Origin: a virus
Taxonomy: Duplodnaviria > Caudoviricetes
Virus record (IMG/VR): IMGVR_UViG_3300022695_000151
Span: 1 to 26,483 of that record
Reading direction: 5' to 3' (one strand)
Length of the DNA stretch: 26,483 nucleotides
The position numbers and the translations under genes are program-made. Positions 1-7,821 of this stretch are shown piece after piece. The notes beneath the pieces are model-generated. The model saw nothing but the letters and a program-made list of their open reading frames with translations, had not been told where the DNA came from and searched no databases. Positions within the stretch are counted from its first letter, which is position 1. Each line of letters begins with the position of its first letter.

Positions 1-108
1 AAGAGCACCTTTCATCTGCATGGCGTGGATGGTCAGGAAAAGGTGGTTACTCGCAAACGATTAAGCCGCAGTAAACTTGCTGCATTCATGGCTCAACTGT
101 CACAGTAA
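1..108 (+). pseudogene. IS110-family transposase N-terminal fragment (runs off the window edge, prematurely stopped)
   Basis: Frame 1 reads KSTFHLHGVDGQEKVVTRKRLSRSKLAAFMAQLSQ*, resembling the IS110 DEDD N-terminus pattern (K..FQLHGVD..G..V..K.L.R..L..F.A.L). It stops at 106-108, where the CTGTCACAG motif begins. Confidence 0.75.
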
Positions 109-240
109 TTAATTCACCGATTTTATGATTCTGCCAAAATGCGTGAAACACGGCTTGACCCCTTCTTTCGCTGTCCCTGCTTTTCCTTTCCAAGGCATGG
201 GAGGAACATTGATTCAACTTTCAAGACCTGACCCCAAATG
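97..240. repeat. Cluster of short CTGTCAC/CTGTCCC/CTGACCCC-type motifs
   Basis: CTGTCACAGTAATT (~97-110), GGCTTGACCCC (152-162), CTGTCCCTGCTTTTCC (171-186), CAAGACCTGACCCC (222-235). Confidence 0.55.
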
Positions 241-266
241 TCTCGCAACAGATTTTAGCTGAACGC

Positions 267-506
267 ATGGCTGATAATCCGGCTGAACTGGATCTGGAAG
301 CCACCATGAGCGTGCTTAAGGATTTGGCATTAACCAGCCAGCGTATCGAGAAGTCCACCTCATTGAATGAGGAGCGCGAAAAGGTCATCCGTGAGGAAGA
401 GGCGCAAAAAACAGCGGCGAAAATCAGGGAACTCAAGGGTGATCCGAAGCTGGATGCAAGCACGCTGAACTTCGTCACCGAGGCGCTTTATGGCCTTGCA
501 GGATAA
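267..506 (+). pseudogene. Mu gp27-like small terminase (DUF3486-like), C-terminal part only
   Basis: Helical C-terminus ending ...LNFVTEALYGLAG overlaps the terL start, the usual Mu gp27 position. The frame is closed upstream by TGA at 210-212, so it is much shorter than typical members. Confidence 0.6.
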
Positions 507-1953
507 CAGTCAAAACCAAAAGCATTCAGAAGGTGAATTGCGGAGCAAGAGAAGCTCCCCTGTGGGCCCACAAAGTACGCAGAGGAACGCAGGGGAAAAG
601 CAATCATCAGCTATCAGGCTTTATGATTATCAGCAAAAATGGCTGAAGGATGATGCTCGCTTTAAGGTGGGGATGTTTGCGCGGCAGACCGGCAAAACCT
701 TCACCACCACGCTGGAGCTCACGCTAGACTGTCTGAAGCATGAGGCGGCGGGAACGCGTACACATTGGGTGATTTTATCGCGTGGTGAACGCCAGGCACG
801 CGAAGCAATGGCCAATGTGAAAACCCATCTATCGGCCTATCAGGCGGCATTTTCGGCGATGGAATATGAATATTCGGCCAATATAAACGCGCTGGAAATT
901 ACATTTGAGGGTGGCTCGAGGATCACCGCCCTGCCTGCCAACCCGGATACGGCGCGTGGCTTTTCGGCCAATGTGTTTCTGGATGAGTTTGCCTTTCATC
1001 AGAAGAGCCATGAGATATGGCGGGCGCTGTTTCCGGTGATTTCTGCCGGATTCAAGATTCGGGTGGTTTCTACACCCAACGGCAAGGGCAATAAATTCTA
1101 TGAGCTGATGACCAGTAAAGCGCTGGATGCAGTCTGGCACCGGCATACGGTGAATATTCATGATGCGGTGGCGCAGGGCTTGCCGCGTGATATTGAGGAA
1201 TTGAAGCTGGGCATCAATGATGCCGACGGCTGGGATCAGGAATTTGAACTGAAATGGCTCGATGCTGCCAGTAGCTGGCTATCCTATGATCTGATTAGCG
1301 GCGTGGAGCATGAGGCAGCCGGGGATCCGGCGCACTATCAGGGCGGGCCGTGCTTTGTGGGTGTCGATATTGCCATTCGCAACGATCTGTTTGTGATCTG
1401 GGTGGGTGAAATGGTCGGTGATGTGTTGTGGACGCGGGATATTATTGCCCGTCGCCGCATATCCTTCGGCGAGCAGGATCAGCTATTGGATGAAGTATTT
1501 CAAAACTACCGCGTCATTCGCTGCTGCATGGATCAGACCGGCATGGGCGAAAAGCCGGTATGGGATGCACAGCAACGCCACGGCACCTTGCGCGTGGAAG
1601 GCGTGCTCTTTACCGGCCCGAATAAACTAAACATGGCCACCATCGGCAAAGAATCATTTGAAGATAAGCGTTTAAGGATTCCACTGGGTGATGTGGCGCT
1701 GCGCTCCGATCTGCACAAGCTCCAGAAGATCACCGGACCCACAGGCACGCCGCGATTTGTGGCGGAATCCGATGCCACCGGCCATGCCGACAGAACATGG
1801 GCGTGCTTTCTGGCGCTGACCGCAGCCGTGCAGCCGGACGTGTTAATGGAATACGCAGGCATCTCCCGCAATCCGGACAAACAGGATCCCATGCGCCCTG
1901 ATCATTCAGGAGATCATCTCCCGCACGGACGTTTTGGAGCAGGAGGATGGTAA
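490..1953 (+). CDS. terL: Terminase large subunit (Mu gp28-like)
   Basis: Q-motif LYDYQ, Walker A ARQTGKT, Walker B VFLDEFAF, motif III STPNG, RNase H-like nuclease GVDIA...DQTGMG...HADRTWA. Confidence 0.95.
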   Translation: MALQDNSQNQKHSEGELRSKRSSPVGPQSTQRNAGEKQSSAIRLYDYQQKWLKDDARFKVGMFARQTGKTFTTTLELTLDCLKHEAAGTRTHWVILSRGERQAREAMANVKTHLSAYQAAFSAMEYEYSANINALEITFEGGSRITALPANPDTARGFSANVFLDEFAFHQKSHEIWRALFPVISAGFKIRVVSTPNGKGNKFYELMTSKALDAVWHRHTVNIHDAVAQGLPRDIEELKLGINDADGWDQEFELKWLDAASSWLSYDLISGVEHEAAGDPAHYQGGPCFVGVDIAIRNDLFVIWVGEMVGDVLWTRDIIARRRISFGEQDQLLDEVFQNYRVIRCCMDQTGMGEKPVWDAQQRHGTLRVEGVLFTGPNKLNMATIGKESFEDKRLRIPLGDVALRSDLHKLQKITGPTGTPRFVAESDATGHADRTWACFLALTAAVQPDVLMEYAGISRNPDKQDPMRPDHSGDHLPHGRFGAGGW

Positions 1954-1954
1954 A

Positions 1955-1986
1955 AAAGAAAAAAGTAAACTGTCCCCGCTTTTCCC
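1955..1986. repeat. AAAGTAAACTGTCCCCGCTTTTCCC motif copy between terL and portal
   Basis: Near-identical to both arms of the 3977-4056 hairpin and to the 9105-9130 copy. Confidence 0.85.
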
Positions 1987-2003
1987 GGCTTCGGAGGTGT
2001 TAG

Positions 2004-3563
2004 ATGATTACGCTATACGATCAGTTTGGTAATAAAATCGACCGGGGAAGGTTGAAAGAAGAGGAGTCTGCGCCATCGTTGCGTAGCGTGCGCCAGCCGC
2101 TCTCCGCTTATCCATCCGTCGGTCTGACACCCTACAAGCTGGCCAACATCCTGCGCCTGGCTGATCAGGGTGATCCGCATGCCCAGTGTGAACTGTTTGA
2201 GGATATGGAGGAAAAGGATCTGCATCTGCTCTCGGTGCTCACTACCCGCAGGCGTGCTGTGGCCGGACTGGAAATCACGGTGGAAGAGCCAACAGGGGCT
2301 AATGCCCAGGAGAAAAAGGCTGCCGATCTGGTGCGCGATCACCTGGCCGGACTGGAATCGATCAATGAAATTTTGTTTGATGTGCTGGATGCCATCGGCA
2401 AGGGCTATTCGGCATCCGAGATTATCTGGGGCATCCATAAGCAGGAGGCTGTTGTCAGGGATATCAAGTGGCGCGAACCGAAATGGTTCCGCTTTGATCA
2501 GGATACACTCTCTGAACTGCGCCTGATTGATGGCACCACACCATTCGGCATGGAATTAACGCCCTATAAATATGTCACCCACTTTCATCGCGCCAAGTCC
2601 GGGTTGCCGGTGCGGGGTGGCATTCTGCGACCATGCACCTGGATGTATCTGTTCAAGAATTATGATTTCAAGGATTGGATCACCTTTGCAGAAATATACG
2701 CACAGCCACTTCGGGTGGGCAAATATCCCAATAGCGCCAGCGAACAGGAAAAGGATGTGTTGCTACAGGCCGTGGCCAATATGGGGACGGATGCAGCGGC
2801 TATTATCCCGGAATCGATGCTGATTGAGTTTGTTGAGTCACAGGGGAAACAGGGCAGTACCGATCTCTATGAGCGCCTTGCCCGCTTCTGCGACGAGCAG
2901 ATGAGCAAGGGCATTACTGGCCAGACGCTATCATCCGATGCCAAGGCCACCGGCATGGGGAGTGGTGTATCCGATCTGCAGGGCGATGTGCGCCACGATA
3001 TCAAGATATCCGATGCACGCCAACTCTCCGGCACCTTGAGCCGGGACATTGCGCGCCCGCTGGTGGACCTGAATATCGGCCCGGTGGATCGTTACCCGAA
3101 GATATCTGTGATTGTGGAGGATACCGATGATCTCACCAAACTGGCCGCCAATGTAAAAACGATGGTGGAGGTTGGCTTGCCAGTGCCGACAGCCTGGGCA
3201 TACAAGAAATTCAACATCCCCGAACCCAAAAAGGGCGAGGCGGTGCTTGCACCAGCGCCCGCCCAGTCATTCCCTGTGGCAGCCAACGCACAACAGCAAA
3301 CCACGCCCACTGCCAACCCATCCACCAATCCCTCCGACATCGTGGCTGAGCGGCTGGTCGCGGCATCCGATCCGGCCATTGCCGACTGGTTAAGCAGCAT
3401 CGAATCCATGCTGGCCAACGCTGAAAGCCTGCCGCAATTCCGGGAAATGTTGCTATCAGCCTTTGGCGACCTGCCGGTTGCTAAACTGGCCGGAGTACTG
3501 GAGCAGGGCAATATCGCCATCCAGGCCGCCGCCCGCTTCGATCTGGAGCAGCAGAGTGAATAG
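2004..3563 (+). CDS. Portal protein (Mu gp29, DUF935)
   Basis: ELFEDMEEKD.HL.SVL..RRRAV, DAIGKGYS..EI.W, F.E.Y..PLRVGKY and SK.I.GQTLSS are typical of DUF935. GGAGG RBS upstream. Confidence 0.95.
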   Translation: MITLYDQFGNKIDRGRLKEEESAPSLRSVRQPLSAYPSVGLTPYKLANILRLADQGDPHAQCELFEDMEEKDLHLLSVLTTRRRAVAGLEITVEEPTGANAQEKKAADLVRDHLAGLESINEILFDVLDAIGKGYSASEIIWGIHKQEAVVRDIKWREPKWFRFDQDTLSELRLIDGTTPFGMELTPYKYVTHFHRAKSGLPVRGGILRPCTWMYLFKNYDFKDWITFAEIYAQPLRVGKYPNSASEQEKDVLLQAVANMGTDAAAIIPESMLIEFVESQGKQGSTDLYERLARFCDEQMSKGITGQTLSSDAKATGMGSGVSDLQGDVRHDIKISDARQLSGTLSRDIARPLVDLNIGPVDRYPKISVIVEDTDDLTKLAANVKTMVEVGLPVPTAWAYKKFNIPEPKKGEAVLAPAPAQSFPVAANAQQQTTPTANPSTNPSDIVAERLVAASDPAIADWLSSIESMLANAESLPQFREMLLSAFGDLPVAKLAGVLEQGNIAIQAAARFDLEQQSE

Positions 3564-3582
3564 TGCGCTGGGGCATGAAGTC

Positions 3583-3830
3583 AGCCAGGGTAACTGACAA
3601 CAAGGAGATAAAAAATGACACGCGACGAATTCAAAAACGCCATAATCGGGAAAAGCATAGCCGATATAAGCATGAGAGATCGCGACACATTCGGGAACTC
3701 GGTTGAAGATAACGAGTTGCTGATTTGCTCGATCACATTGAATGACGGGATGGTTATATACTTAACTGGGTCCACTCAAATCGAATGTGACGAAGTGTGC
3801 GTAGAGTTGAAATTAAGCCAGGGTAACTGA
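3583..3830. repeat. 15-bp direct repeats AGCCAGGGTAACTGA (3583-3597 and 3816-3830) bracketing a small gene
   Basis: Two exact copies read directly from the sequence. Confidence 0.9.
3615..3830 (+). CDS. Small acidic hypothetical protein (moron, 71 aa)
   Basis: Strong AAGGAG RBS, AT-richer composition than its neighbours, flanked by the 15-bp direct repeats. Confidence 0.7.
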   Translation: MTRDEFKNAIIGKSIADISMRDRDTFGNSVEDNELLICSITLNDGMVIYLTGSTQIECDEVCVELKLSQGN

Positions 3831-3952
3831 TGCATCTCAGCAGGATCACATGCGCCCACCTGACTAAGCTAGAGATATTCCAAGCCACTCTGGTACTTCT
3901 GTCGATGGCCGCACTTGGCTTTTTTTGGGGCTGGATAGTATATGCCAGCTAA
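3830..3952 (+). CDS. Small single-TM protein (40 aa, not in ORF track)
   Basis: ATG overlaps the previous stop (TGATG). MHLSRITCAHLTKLEIFQATLVLLSMAALGFFWGWIVYAS* has one hydrophobic helix. Confidence 0.5.
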   Translation: MHLSRITCAHLTKLEIFQATLVLLSMAALGFFWGWIVYAS

Positions 3953-4037
3953 ATTTGGTTCCCTGCCCTTTGCTGCGGGAAAAGCGGGGGCAGTTTACTT
4001 TCTTTCGTCGGCGAAGCCGAAGGCCCGAAAAAAGTGA
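3942..4037 (+). other. MuF/gpF-like N-terminal stub ORF (MPAKFGSLPFA...) ending at an A_AAA_AAG TGA site
   Basis: The first 11 codons resemble Mu gpF N-termini (..GSLPF.EQ..FFR). The frame then runs through the hairpin to CGA AAA AAG TGA at 4026-4037. Confidence 0.55.
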
Positions 4038-4056
4038 AACTGTCCCCGCTTTTCCC
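3977..4056. repeat. ~80-nt inverted-repeat element (25/26-nt arms) with nested TCGGC-GAA-GCCGA hairpin
   Basis: GGGAAAAGCGGGGGCAGTTTACTTT (3977-4001) against AAAGTGAAACTGTCCCCGCTTTTCCC (4031-4056): one mismatch and one indel. Confidence 0.9.
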
Positions 4057-5284
4057 TTCGGTTATCTCTGGTGCATTCAAAAAACCGTTTCCTGAACAGG
4101 TGGCGTTTTTTCGGGGAAAGCTGGGAAAGCTGGTGCCAACCAAACGCTGGGATGATATTCAGAGATCCGCCCATGATACTGCGTTTATGGTGGCAGGTGC
4201 GGAAAAGGCCGACTTGCTGGCCGATCTGGCAATGGCTGTGGAGCGCATCCACTCTGAAGGCAAGGGTATTGAGGCTTTTCGTGCGGATTTCCGGGCGATT
4301 GTGCAGCAGCGCGGCTGGCATGACTGGACAGGCTCATCCACCCCCGCAGGCAGGAAATGGCGCACGCGAGTGATCTATCAAACCAATATGGCCACAAGCT
4401 ATGCAGGTGCCCGTGTGGCGCAACTGCGCGAACGCGGCCTCAAATACTGGGTCTATCGCCATAATGATTCTGTCCACCACCCGCGCCCGCTGCATAAAGC
4501 ATGGAACGGCATCACGCTGCCCGCTGATGATCCCTGGTGGCAAACGCACGGTACGCCCAATGGTTGGGGTTGCCGTTGCTATATTATAGGTGCCAGATCA
4601 GCCAAAGGCGCACGCAGGCTTGGCGGCGATCCGTCCAAAAACCTCAATCCGGACTGGAACAGGATCGACCCGAAAACCGGCACGCTGGTGGGTATTGATA
4701 AAGGCTGGGATTATCTGCCGGGCGATACGGTGAGTGATACTGTAAGCGCGCTGGCAAAGAAAACAGCCACGCTACCGCCGGAGCTCGGGGCTGCTTATGG
4801 GGCGCAAATTGCCAGCGCGATTGTTTTCACCTATGAAGCGTGGATTCAGGGAGTATTGCAGAATCAGGACAGTCGAGGCAAAACATCGGTGCTTGGCGTA
4901 ATGGGGAAAAAGGAACTGGCATACCTGAAACGCGTGGATAAAGAGCCCCGGAGAACAGATATATCACTGCAAGACAGGCTTGTTGTTGGTCGTAAGGCGC
5001 GCCGTCACAAGGATGCGGGTAATGCGTTGAGTGAGAGCGAATGGAAGAACCTGGCTGCATTGATGAGAAAAAACAGGGTGGTGTTGTTTGACAATGACAC
5101 CGGGCATCTGCTTTATATCCTGCCTTCGGAGGGCAGCAAGAAAATAAAAATAGTTGTAGAGCCTGACTATTGGGATAAAAAAGCATCCGAGACAATCAAT
5201 TCATCGCGTGCAATATTCAAGATCGGGATTGTGGCTCTGGCTGACCGCAGGCGCTACACTGTGATTGAAGGTGTGTTGAAATGA
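4034..5284 (+). CDS. Mu gpF (MuF) minor head protein with C-terminal extension, probably a PBECR-type nuclease domain
   Basis: PF.EQVAFFR, AF.VAGA..ADLL, IYQTN..TSY..AR, HPRP.H.AW.G..LP.DDPWW....PNGWGCRC are MuF motifs. A basic C-terminal extension carries RHK.AGNAL...EW and VLFD..TG.LLY. The true start is uncertain. Confidence 0.88.
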   Translation: MKLSPLFPSVISGAFKKPFPEQVAFFRGKLGKLVPTKRWDDIQRSAHDTAFMVAGAEKADLLADLAMAVERIHSEGKGIEAFRADFRAIVQQRGWHDWTGSSTPAGRKWRTRVIYQTNMATSYAGARVAQLRERGLKYWVYRHNDSVHHPRPLHKAWNGITLPADDPWWQTHGTPNGWGCRCYIIGARSAKGARRLGGDPSKNLNPDWNRIDPKTGTLVGIDKGWDYLPGDTVSDTVSALAKKTATLPPELGAAYGAQIASAIVFTYEAWIQGVLQNQDSRGKTSVLGVMGKKELAYLKRVDKEPRRTDISLQDRLVVGRKARRHKDAGNALSESEWKNLAALMRKNRVVLFDNDTGHLLYILPSEGSKKIKIVVEPDYWDKKASETINSSRAIFKIGIVALADRRRYTVIEGVLK

Positions 5285-5369
5285 GGCGAATGGGAGGGCG
5301 GCTATTCCTCCATCAACGATTCCTTTCGGAGTTCATCCTACCGGTCGCCTTTCCGGAAGTCATTCGCCT
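5284..5369 (+). ncRNA. Candidate structured RNA (closing stem plus three hairpins, possible loop-loop contact)
   Basis: AGGCGAATG/CATTCGCCT 9-bp closing stem; inner GGAGG/CCTCC, GATTCC/GGAGTT and CCGG/CCGG stems. Folded by eye only. Confidence 0.4.
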
Positions 5370-5388
5370 GTCAGAAGGAGTATAGCCT

Positions 5389-5856
5389 GTGTCGGGTGAT
5401 TTTATCAAGGTCGAAATTGATGACCACGCCATTCGTGAGGCATTGAATCGCTTGCAGGAGCATGCCGGAAACATCGAACCGGCGCTGGTAGATATCAGCG
5501 AATATCTCACCAAATCCACCAAACAGCGCTTTGTCGATGGCCAGGCGCCGGACGGCACGGCATGGGAGCCAAACACCGATCACACGCTGGCACGCAAAGG
5601 AGGCGACAAGCCGCTGATTGGAGAGAGTAAAGCGCTCTCGACTCAATTCAGCGGCGAGATCAGCGCCAACACGCTGCTATTCGGTTCGCCGATGGAGTAT
5701 GCCGCCGTGCAACAGTTAGGGGCGAAGAAACATTCATTCACCGGCGGCAAATCACCCTGGGGCGATATCCCCGCCCGCCCGTTCCTGGGTATATCGAATA
5801 AAGATGAGGATGTGATTCTGGAAATCATCAAAGATCATATCGCCGGTGAGCTGTAG
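5389..5856 (+). CDS. Mu gpG virion morphogenesis protein (phage tail S family)
   Basis: ST..RF..G.APDG..W, YAA.QQ.G, PWGDIPARPFLGIS. AAGGAG RBS before the GTG. Confidence 0.9.
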   Translation: MSGDFIKVEIDDHAIREALNRLQEHAGNIEPALVDISEYLTKSTKQRFVDGQAPDGTAWEPNTDHTLARKGGDKPLIGESKALSTQFSGEISANTLLFGSPMEYAAVQQLGAKKHSFTGGKSPWGDIPARPFLGISNKDEDVILEIIKDHIAGEL

Positions 5857-6193
5857 TGTTTTTTTCATGGTGCAATAAAACACCATAGATAAATAGCCCC
5901 TGCTTTTTCTCCGCATGCGCTGTGCTGAAGTGAGGCCGCAGAATCGACCCTAAGCCCCCGGACATCCTTTTGGCTACCTACACACCTAAAATTTCTTAAC
6001 TCAAAATTTAAACGTGTCTTAAACGGGTAGAATCGCATGTTTTGATTGGGAGAAAGGAAACGATAGCGGATAATCCCCATGCAAGGCATAATTCCGCCGG
6101 AACGGTCAGCCTTACCCAGAACTCTGACGGGCGCAATATTATGGCAGGCATGACATTAAAACGCTTGATACACACGTCCTGGATTGAGCAGCC

Positions 6194-7363
6194 ATGCTTC
6201 GCTGCATGAGCCGACAGGAATCAAGCCTCGCCATCAACTCCACCATCAAATCCCACCTGCTTGCGTCAGGCAATGCACGGCAGGCAGGAGACACCACGCA
6301 TCAGATTGATGCAAACACGGTGGTCTGCTCTGTTGACCCGACCGGCATCAATGCCGAATCGCGCCAGCAGATGATTCAGTTGATCCCGCAGGATGCCAAT
6401 GGACATGTCACCGGCATCGATGGGCGCAGATGGCAGATGGATGCCGGGTCCATCATCTCCAACGCGCAGGCCAGCAAAACCGATTTTCCGATTGATTATA
6501 ACCACGCATCACTGGATGCACGCAAAACCGGCGCAGTCGCTCCGGCAGCGGGCTGGGTGGATCGCACCACGCTGGAAGCCAGGCCGGACGGCATCTATGG
6601 CCGCGTGAAGTGGACTGGTGCTGCCGTGAATCACCTGACCGAGCGCGAATTCCGCTACACATCGCCTGTATTCACATTCAACCCCAAAACCGGAAAGACA
6701 CTGGCCTACAAAGGCAGCGGCCTGACCCATTATCCCAACCTCGGTGATTTAACACCGGTGGCAAACTCAAATGAAGGAGAGAGCACTATGGATGAAATCA
6801 TTGAGGAGATTCGCGAAGCGTTGAATCTCCCGACCGCATCAAATGCGGCAGAAATCAAGACGGAGCTGGATAAGCTATTTGGCCGGGTTGGAACATTGGC
6901 CACCAATAGCGATGCCAAACTGATCGATCAGGTTGGCATGATTGAAACCCGCATTGAGTCCGCCGAAACCAAAGCAGCCGAAGCGGTTGCGGCTGTTGCA
7001 GCCAATGCCCAGGGCGACCCGGCGCAGTTTGTGCCACGCACAGAATTTGATCGTGTCGATAGCGCATTGAAGGCAGTCACCACAACGCAGGAAAATCAGC
7101 GGGTGGACATGGCCGTCAATGCCGCACTGGATGCTGGCAAGATTGCACCGGCATCCCTGGACTGGGCAAAGGATTTGTGTCGCAGCAATCCGAAGAGCTT
7201 TGATGAATTCGTGGCCAATACGGCGCAGGCGATCCCGATGGGTGAAAACGAGCCAGGTTCATCCGGGCACAACAGCGCACTGAGCCATGAAGAAGCTGCT
7301 GTATGCTCACAGTTGGGGCTATCAACCGAAGATTACCTGAAATCAAAGAAGGAGAATGAGTAA
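6194..7363 (+). CDS. Mu gpI prohead protease with nested scaffold (gpZ)
   Basis: PIDYNHAS, APAAGW, G.V.WT..A, EFRYTSPVF and LTHYPNL protease motifs. Helical C-terminus ends EEAAVCSQLGLS.EDY. Confidence 0.92.
   Translation: MLRCMSRQESSLAINSTIKSHLLASGNARQAGDTTHQIDANTVVCSVDPTGINAESRQQMIQLIPQDANGHVTGIDGRRWQMDAGSIISNAQASKTDFPIDYNHASLDARKTGAVAPAAGWVDRTTLEARPDGIYGRVKWTGAAVNHLTEREFRYTSPVFTFNPKTGKTLAYKGSGLTHYPNLGDLTPVANSNEGESTMDEIIEEIREALNLPTASNAAEIKTELDKLFGRVGTLATNSDAKLIDQVGMIETRIESAETKAAEAVAAVAANAQGDPAQFVPRTEFDRVDSALKAVTTTQENQRVDMAVNAALDAGKIAPASLDWAKDLCRSNPKSFDEFVANTAQAIPMGENEPGSSGHNSALSHEEAAVCSQLGLSTEDYLKSKKENE
6788..7363 (+). CDS. Internal in-frame scaffold protein (Mu gpZ-like)
   Basis: GAAGGAGA RBS just upstream of the in-frame ATG at 6788 (MDEIIEE...). 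Mu I/Z is known to use an internal start. Confidence 0.65.
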   Translation: MDEIIEEIREALNLPTASNAAEIKTELDKLFGRVGTLATNSDAKLIDQVGMIETRIESAETKAAEAVAAVAANAQGDPAQFVPRTEFDRVDSALKAVTTTQENQRVDMAVNAALDAGKIAPASLDWAKDLCRSNPKSFDEFVANTAQAIPMGENEPGSSGHNSALSHEEAAVCSQLGLSTEDYLKSKKENE

Positions 7364-7764
7364 TGGCTTTAACAGCAGATCGAAACACGCTTGCCCGCGA
7401 TGGCAATCAACTATCGCTTGGCGTAGCGGCAGCCAAAATCATCTATGCCGGATCACTGGTTGCCCGTGATGCAGCCGGGCATGCCGTGCCTGCATCCAAC
7501 ACTGCCGGACTGGCAGTGGTCGGCATGGCCGAAACACAGGTGGATAACTCGGCAGGCGCAGCCGGTGATTTGAATATTACCGTGCGGCGCAATCACAGTT
7601 TCCGCTTTTCCAACAGTGCCACCAGCGCCCTGACCATTGCAGACATTGGCTCCAACGCGGTGGTGGAAGCGGATGATATTGTCGCCAAGGCAGCCACCAA
7701 TGCCATTGTTGCCGGCAAAGTGCTGGATGTAGATGCCACAGGCGTCTGGATTGAAATAAAGTAA
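7363..7764 (+). CDS. Head decoration/cement-like protein
   Basis: MALTADRNT..R, IYAGSLVA, VDNSAGAAGD and GVWIEI. Coupled TAATG between scaffold and major capsid, a position typical of Mu-like phages. Confidence 0.75.
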   Translation: MALTADRNTLARDGNQLSLGVAAAKIIYAGSLVARDAAGHAVPASNTAGLAVVGMAETQVDNSAGAAGDLNITVRRNHSFRFSNSATSALTIADIGSNAVVEADDIVAKAATNAIVAGKVLDVDATGVWIEIK

Positions 7765-7821
7765 CAAAAACATCATCCCCACCAGGTGGGGAACCATTTA
7801 TAATAACCAAGGAGAGAAAAC

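Noticed and set aside
3583-3830. Integron attC cassette
   Set aside because: The repeats are direct and lack the RYYYAAC...GTTRRRY inverted core and attC hairpin.
5284-5369. Canonical tRNA
   Set aside because: No T-loop GTTCRA, D-loop consensus or CCA end. Kept only as an unclassified structured RNA candidate.
5865-6190. 74-aa - strand ORF and specific late-promoter calls in the G-I intergenic region
   Set aside because: The ORF lacks coding features. A late promoter is expected here by analogy with Mu, but I cannot pin down its elements.
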